DNA from: an uncultured virus (IMG/VR IMGVR_UViG_3300017754_004896)
Lineage: Duplodnaviria > Heunggongvirae > Uroviricota > Caudoviricetes
Direction: 5' to 3' (one strand)
IMG/VR virus record: IMGVR_UViG_3300017754_004896
Length of the DNA: 20,000 nucleotides
Below the pieces are notes generated by a model, which saw only the letters and a program-made list of their open reading frames with translations, made no database searches and was not told the DNA's origin. The stretch's first letter is position 1, and every line of letters begins with the position of its first letter. Shown here in pieces: positions 15,736 through 20,000 of this stretch. The translations under genes and the position numbers were made by a program.

Positions 15736-15979
15736 GGTGTCCTCACGGTGTCTCACGGTGTCCTCATGGTGTCCTCGCGGTGTCTCACGGTGTCCTCGCG
15801 GTGTCCTCACGGTGCCTCACGGTGTCCTCGCGGTGTCTCACGGTGTCCTCGCGGTGTCTCACGGTGCCTCACGGTGTCCTCTCGGTGTCCTCACGGTGCC
15901 TCACGGTGTCCTCTCGGTGTCTCACGGTGTCCTCATGGTGTCCTCACGGTGTCCTCTCGGTGTCCTCACGGTGCCTCAC
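15736..15979. repeat. Tandem array of 23 units of 10-11 bp, consensus GGTG(T)(C)CTCAC
   Basis: Hand-parsed: 14 11-mers (GGTGTCCTC + AC/GC/TC/AT) and 9 10-mers (GGTGTCTCAC or GGTGCCTCAC) over 244 bp, with no spacers. Confidence 0.97.
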
Positions 15980-16185
15980 GGCATCCGCCCCTCTTCCATG
16001 ACCTGCCACATTTCGGCGGTAGAACGGGCCAGTTGATACGTCGGGGCCTGGTAGGCGTCGATGACGTCCCAGTCGCGACTAGGAGGCGCAGCTCGCCGAG
16101 TCCGGGTCACAACGAACCCCGCATTGTTTGACCGGATTTGTACCTTCCGGTCTTCCCCGTTGTACTCCCAGAGCAGCTGGTTCAC
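15976..16185 (-). CDS. Hypothetical protein (69 aa)
   Basis: GTGA overlap with the upstream gene; its stop codon lies inside the outermost repeat unit. Confidence 0.7.
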   Translation of the reverse strand: MNQLLWEYNGEDRKVQIRSNNAGFVVTRTRRAAPPSRDWDVIDAYQAPTYQLARSTAEMWQVMEEGRMP

Positions 16186-16523
16186 GGTTTCGATTCCCCT
16201 CTGCTCGGTTGTACTACCTGAAACTTTTTAGTAGGCAGGTCGGTAGGAAGGGTGTCCTCAATGTACTTTGGAACGGGAGGCGGGGGTGGAATCGGAGGAA
16301 GAATCGGTTCCTTCTTGATGACCTTCGACAGAATTCCGTTGAGGTTCGCCACCGCCGCGAGGGAGATAGCAACCCAACCCCATTTCACGGCGTCAGGGTG
16401 AGCGGCCACCAGAATGTTCAGGAAGACGCTGTACGCGATATAAAGCAACCCAATCACACGTAAGGTGTGGTCGAGCCAGGGCACCCCTGTAGACAGGGAC
16501 GCTAGAATTGGTATTAGATCCAT
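16182..16523 (-). CDS. Small multi-TM membrane protein with Pro-rich tail (113 aa); holin-like size and topology
   Basis: Hydrophobic segments VIGLLYIAYSVFLNILVAA and WGWVAISLAAVANL; GGGAG SD; charged C-terminus. The holin role is only a guess. Confidence 0.75.
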   Translation of the reverse strand: MDLIPILASLSTGVPWLDHTLRVIGLLYIAYSVFLNILVAAHPDAVKWGWVAISLAAVANLNGILSKVIKKEPILPPIPPPPPVPKYIEDTLPTDLPTKKFQVVQPSRGESKP

Positions 16524-17131
16524 AGTTTCTCCCGTATGTCCTCTATTTGCTTAGCTCTGGCTCTCTTGCAGTCGTCGCAGGATTCGGCCAGTTCCTCGGC
16601 AAGTTGCTTGATTGTTTTGGCAGAGGGGGCGATGTAGAGGCGGTGGTCCTCGGTCTCGGAGACGACGACTAGGCACTTCGCCCCAAACACGCTGCCTTTC
16701 CAGTAACTGAAGGCCCCTTCGACGGAAGGGGCTTTCGTCAGCAGCAAGAAGTCGATAGCCGCTTCGGTCGTCCCCGGGTCGATAACAAGCTCCAAGTAAT
16801 CCGGCAGCAGGTTCTCTGCATGCCGCAGGAACCCGCGCCGGTACTCGGGGGATTCATCCACGGGTTCGTCGGATATGTACCAGGGACGAGACACCTCGTA
16901 GAGGGCTCGGGCCACATCCGTAGTGACCAGGATGGGGCCTTGGCCTTTCGTCCAATCGTAGACTACCCCCAGTTCCGCTTCCTCGGTTTTCCCGTCCACT
17001 TCGACGTAACACGGGCCCTCTACCAGTATTGGCTGAGGGCTCATGTAGTGCTCGTAATCGTTTGGCTCGAAGTGGAAGGTCGCTCGGTCGAGAACCCTTT
17101 TTGCGTCCGCCTTGGCGGTCGTGTATGTCAT
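16514..17131 (-). CDS. Acidic hypothetical protein (205 aa)
   Basis: Start reassigned to ATG 17131 (MTYTTAK) using the ATGA overlap; C-terminal CDDC. Confidence 0.75.
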   Translation of the reverse strand: MTYTTAKADAKRVLDRATFHFEPNDYEHYMSPQPILVEGPCYVEVDGKTEEAELGVVYDWTKGQGPILVTTDVARALYEVSRPWYISDEPVDESPEYRRGFLRHAENLLPDYLELVIDPGTTEAAIDFLLLTKAPSVEGAFSYWKGSVFGAKCLVVVSETEDHRLYIAPSAKTIKQLAEELAESCDDCKRARAKQIEDIREKLWI

Positions 17132-17517
17132 GGGGCGCCCCGGGTGCCCGCACTTCCCCCGATACCTCGAGGAGCTTGCGGCGCTTCCCCCGTCGTGCAG
17201 GCGTCCACTTCCTCGCAGCTCGTAACCTCTGCAACGCAGTTTGCGTTGGCCTTCAAGTTGGGGATCTGCCGGCATAGCTGCTCGCAGGTAACCCCGTCGA
17301 GGGGCCTCGCGAGTTCACAATCGAGCCGCTCGAGGTGTCCGCACGCGCGGTAGCACGGGTCTGAGGAGGGGCTTGCGCCCCCGCTTCCGGTGCCTCCCGC
17401 GCCCGCGGTGTTGATGGGTGGGTACACGGGGGTCTTTTCACAACCCCCGCAGGCACCCGTGGCTACGCCGATGATGGTGAGCAGCACAAAGGTGCCGAGA
17501 TATGTATTCGTAGTCAT
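17128..17517 (-). CDS. Cys-rich putative lipoprotein (129 aa)
   Basis: Signal peptide ending ATGA-C; Gly/Ser linker AGAGGTGSGGAS; eight further Cys (CxxxC pattern); GAAAGG upstream. Confidence 0.8.
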   Translation of the reverse strand: MTTNTYLGTFVLLTIIGVATGACGGCEKTPVYPPINTAGAGGTGSGGASPSSDPCYRACGHLERLDCELARPLDGVTCEQLCRQIPNLKANANCVAEVTSCEEVDACTTGEAPQAPRGIGGSAGTRGAP

Positions 17518-17528
17518 GGTCTTGCCTT

Positions 17529-18308
17529 TCAGCCTCGAACGTCAATCGCCCAGGCGCTGTTGCACTGGGCAACAAAGTCCGCGCTCGCGCGGAACCGCCC
17601 GTCAACGCGCCAACTCGTGCCCCACGAGTTCACGATCATGAAGGTATCTCCCTCGAATCGCTCTAGCATCATTGCGTGACCGCCGATGCTCGGACCTCTA
17701 CACGGGCCCTGCACCCCTGTATCGGTTTCGTTCAGGAAGGCATTGTCTATTTGCCACCCAGCAACCACAGGGATTTTGGCGGCAATCGCTTGTTTGATTC
17801 GATTCACATCCCCATTCGGAATGGCATAGTAGCCTCGAATGCCGCGGCGGGAGATAGCATCTCGATAGGCACTCCAGCTGGGGGCGGTATTGACGCGGCT
17901 CTCCACGAACTTCCAGCTCAGTTCGGTGCATTCGCCGAACTGCTGTAGTGTCTTGATGCCGTCTCGGATGTAGGCCCCGTCATCAACAATCTTGTTAGGG
18001 GTCTGCAAGGCCCGGCTGCAGTAGTAAACGAACAGCGCGGAAAGGTCGGGGCAAGGAAGGCCAAGGGCAAGGTAGGCCGCTCGCGTAGCATTGGCCACGC
18101 TTTGCCCTTCGCACGAGCCCGTGCCCCCCTGGTCCTTGATCTTCAGCTCGGGCGAGTAGACTGAGCCCTTCAGGGGCACCATTGCCGGCGCCCCTACCCG
18201 AGCCAGTAGCTTGTCTACGTGCCAGTCCCGGGAGTCCTCGGGGTCCATCTTGTGCCCCAGCTTGGGGAAAACTTTGAGCCCCAGTGCCCGCTTGAGGGTG
18301 TTGATCAT
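17529..18308 (-). CDS. Papain-like cysteine peptidase, family C1 (259 aa)
   Basis: IKDQGGTGSC (oxyanion Q and catalytic C), LSALFVYY, GGHAM (H), VNSWGTSW (N). Confidence 0.92.
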   Translation of the reverse strand: MINTLKRALGLKVFPKLGHKMDPEDSRDWHVDKLLARVGAPAMVPLKGSVYSPELKIKDQGGTGSCEGQSVANATRAAYLALGLPCPDLSALFVYYCSRALQTPNKIVDDGAYIRDGIKTLQQFGECTELSWKFVESRVNTAPSWSAYRDAISRRGIRGYYAIPNGDVNRIKQAIAAKIPVVAGWQIDNAFLNETDTGVQGPCRGPSIGGHAMMLERFEGDTFMIVNSWGTSWRVDGRFRASADFVAQCNSAWAIDVRG

Positions 18309-18760
18309 GGCTTAGCGGCCTTCGGGGGGAGGGTCGAGGACACCGGCTTGGCCTTCGGGGGGGTCGCAGAGGACACCGAGGACACCGAAGACGCCGGCTT
18401 GGCTTCCGCCACGCCGTGCGCCGAAGCCACGGACGGGGCCGGGTAAAGAATGGCCGAGGGTGCGGCGGACGCAGACGGCGCGGCACCCGTGGCACCAGCA
18501 GCGGCCAACTTCTTCGCGGTCAAGAGAGCGTCGATGAACGGCTTCAGGGCCTCTTCGGTGGCGCAGAATGCCCTGCCGATGTCCTCGGGGGACAGCTGCG
18601 GGGCGGCCTTGCTGCGCTCGGCAACGCAAAGGTCGTAGGCGATGTCGTTCACGGTCTTGAGAATCGGCTTGAGTGTCGGGCACCCGGTCAGCGCGGCCAG
18701 GGACACGATGATAGGGAGGGCCGCGATAAGATGGGACGATGGACGAGCAGTGGTGGTCAT
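18305..18760 (-). CDS. Putative lipoprotein with Ala/Ser/Pro-rich tail (151 aa)
   Basis: Lipobox LAALTG-C; GAAAGGT SD; low-complexity, internally duplicated C-terminus; ATGA overlap with the peptidase. Confidence 0.8.
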   Translation of the reverse strand: MTTTARPSSHLIAALPIIVSLAALTGCPTLKPILKTVNDIAYDLCVAERSKAAPQLSPEDIGRAFCATEEALKPFIDALLTAKKLAAAGATGAAPSASAAPSAILYPAPSVASAHGVAEAKPASSVSSVSSATPPKAKPVSSTLPPKAAKP

Positions 18761-18793
18761 ATTTGTACCTTTCGAGATACGTGAGACGCGAGG

Positions 18794-18802
18794 AGAGTAT
18801 CA
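18794..18802 (-). promoter_or_regulatory. Extended -10 promoter (TG-A-TACTCT)
   Basis: In the 59-bp gap upstream of ATG 18760, followed by an SD-containing leader. Confidence 0.5.
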
Positions 18803-18819
18803 AATCTAGGGGTCAGCAG

Positions 18820-19683
18820 TCAGCTTTCTTCAGGGTCTGCACGCACTTTTTCGATGAATTCCCAGACCTCGGGGGCGAACTTACTGCGGATCTCCGGATG
18901 GTCGAACCCGAGCTCTTTACTAGGCCACGACCCGCCCGCCATGTGGAGCAATCGCACGCGCTTCTCGATGCCCGACGCGGCAGACGCCAGCCACAACGTG
19001 TCTTCCCGGCAGAATAGCTTCTTCCAGCTATCCAAGAAGCCGTCCACCCCACCTATTCCGCAGTCTCCCCCCCACTTCGTTGCAGTGTTCCAGTACTCGT
19101 TGACCTCCGGGGGGTCGAGCAGGGAGGTTCGGTATTTCCCGGACCAGAATAGGTCATTGAGGGTGTCCTGCTCGCGCAGCGGCATCTGAGGGCCGTAGCG
19201 GCGATTCGAGGCGATCCAATCGTCCCAAACTTTGGGGTTTCGTACGCCGAAGACCCCGGCGTTGAGCTCTTCGAGCACCGCGATTGGGTCACCCGTAAGA
19301 ACATTCGCCCTTAGGAATTCGTTTTCACCCGACCCCTGGTCCGGTTGGGCTCTCGTACCGGTGATTTCTGCGGGTGATTCGAGGAGCTGGGTCAGGGGTC
19401 CCGTGACGATGATATCTCCATCCAGGTGGACGACATGATCGTAGCCCTCCCTATGTAGCCGACGGCCAACATGGGCGAACAGGTATTCAATGGTCGTATT
19501 TTCCTCCTTGCATATCTGCATGCACTCGTCCCACTCGTACACTCGGAAAGGGATGAGGGGGTGGAAGTAATGGAACGACCGCTTACAGTGCCGTGCCATC
19601 TCGTGGTAGTCCTTCACGAAGGTGAAGACGGCTACCTTTTCAGGGTTCAATAAAGATTGTATGGGCATGTTTTCTTTCGTCAT
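18820..19683 (-). CDS. GT-A fold glycosyltransferase, GT8-like (287 aa)
   Basis: VVHLDGDIIVTGPL (DxD), LNAGVF, EQDTLN, LLHMAG; start reassigned to ATG 19683 using the ATGA overlap. Confidence 0.85.
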   Translation of the reverse strand: MTKENMPIQSLLNPEKVAVFTFVKDYHEMARHCKRSFHYFHPLIPFRVYEWDECMQICKEENTTIEYLFAHVGRRLHREGYDHVVHLDGDIIVTGPLTQLLESPAEITGTRAQPDQGSGENEFLRANVLTGDPIAVLEELNAGVFGVRNPKVWDDWIASNRRYGPQMPLREQDTLNDLFWSGKYRTSLLDPPEVNEYWNTATKWGGDCGIGGVDGFLDSWKKLFCREDTLWLASAASGIEKRVRLLHMAGGSWPSKELGFDHPEIRSKFAPEVWEFIEKVRADPEES

Positions 19684-19796
19684 TCTCGCAACTCCAGGAT
19701 CAAGAGTGCAATCGTGGCCGCCACCATTCCTACGATGACGGCGGCATCTCTGGCCATGTAGAGGGCGTCTTCCCAGGTATCCTTGGGCGCCTTCAT
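19680..19796 (-). CDS. Very small membrane protein (38 aa)
   Basis: MKAPKDTW...AAVIVGMVAATIALLILELRE; ATGA overlaps at both ends (19793-19796 and 19680-19683). Confidence 0.65.
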   Translation of the reverse strand: MKAPKDTWEDALYMARDAAVIVGMVAATIALLILELRE

Positions 19797-20000
19797 GGTA
19801 GCGGGAGGTCTTTCTTCGGGAGTTCCCGCGGCAATACATGCGACCACAACCAGTTCGTGAGCTCGCTGAGACACGTTCTCTCGAGGATGGCTCGAAGCTC
19901 GGATATCTCTCGGGCGGAGAGCACAACCGAACCGGGCTCGACGGCGCGAAGCGCACGGGTCGCGAGGTCCATCGCATCCCTCACGCGCTGGGCGTCTTTC
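19793..20000 (-). CDS. Hypothetical protein, possibly 5'-truncated by the window edge
   Basis: Frame is open to the window end; its stop overlaps the next start (ATGA). Confidence 0.55.
   Translation of the reverse strand, partial: KDAQRVRDAMDLATRALRAVEPGSVVLSAREISELRAILERTCLSELTNWLWSHVLPRELPKKDLPLP

Larger units (their letters stand above)
1..20000. mobile_element. Segment of a probable temperate (pro)virus or integrative element, possibly with a membrane-containing virion
   Basis: No housekeeping genes; tightly coupled small unknown ORFs; tyrosine recombinase; TM-anchored lytic transglycosylase; cluster of tail-anchored proteins; five glycosyltransferases. No capsid, terminase or packaging ATPase recognised, and no boundaries visible. 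Confidence 0.65.

Noticed and set aside
15736..15979. CRISPR array
   Set aside because: Units are 10-11 bp and contiguous, with no unique spacers; no cas genes in the window.
15701..16131. Repeat-derived ORFs on + (15701, 15748, 15780) and the N-terminal extension of the GT to 15810
   Set aside because: These are translations of a non-triplet repeat, antisense to the operon; the GT fold begins at VDAVAVIV (GTG 15732).
1..20000. tRNA/rRNA genes, reverse-transcriptase systems (retron, DGR), transposase, att site
   Set aside because: No cloverleaf, RT (YxDD) or DDE motifs, or long near-identical repeat pairs were recognised by eye; att sites cannot be identified without the element boundaries.

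Overview
A gene-dense, GC-rich window with about 29 CDS, many joined by ATGA/GTGA stop-start overlaps, and no housekeeping genes. It reads as part of a large temperate virus or integrative element. The host may be myxobacterial, inferred only from the style of one lipoprotein. Left block (167-4183): six small unknown single-TM proteins (five tail-anchored) with no signal peptide and a shared [VL]G[AS]D/x motif, plus a Zn-finger/DnaJ protein. Next come a Zn-binding protein, two GT-B (GT4-like) glycosyltransferases and a dual-specificity phosphatase. The phosphatase is divergent from a ~1390-aa tyrosine recombinase that has a winged-helix-like insertion and a ~870-aa unknown C-terminal extension. 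After it lie a structured intergenic region (two candidate small RNAs with terminators), a divergent SGNH esterase / membrane-anchored lytic transglycosylase pair, and two GT2-type enzymes. Then follow a 23-unit tandem array of 10/11-bp repeats (mean 10.6 bp, about one DNA helical turn), a lipoprotein-papain protease-lipoprotein cassette and a GT8-like enzyme. Both divergent gene pairs sit on a symmetric ATGnTAnCAT element that reads as an extended -10 box on both strands. No capsid, packaging or replication gene is recognisable, so viral identity is an inference. All calls come from motif reading without database searches.
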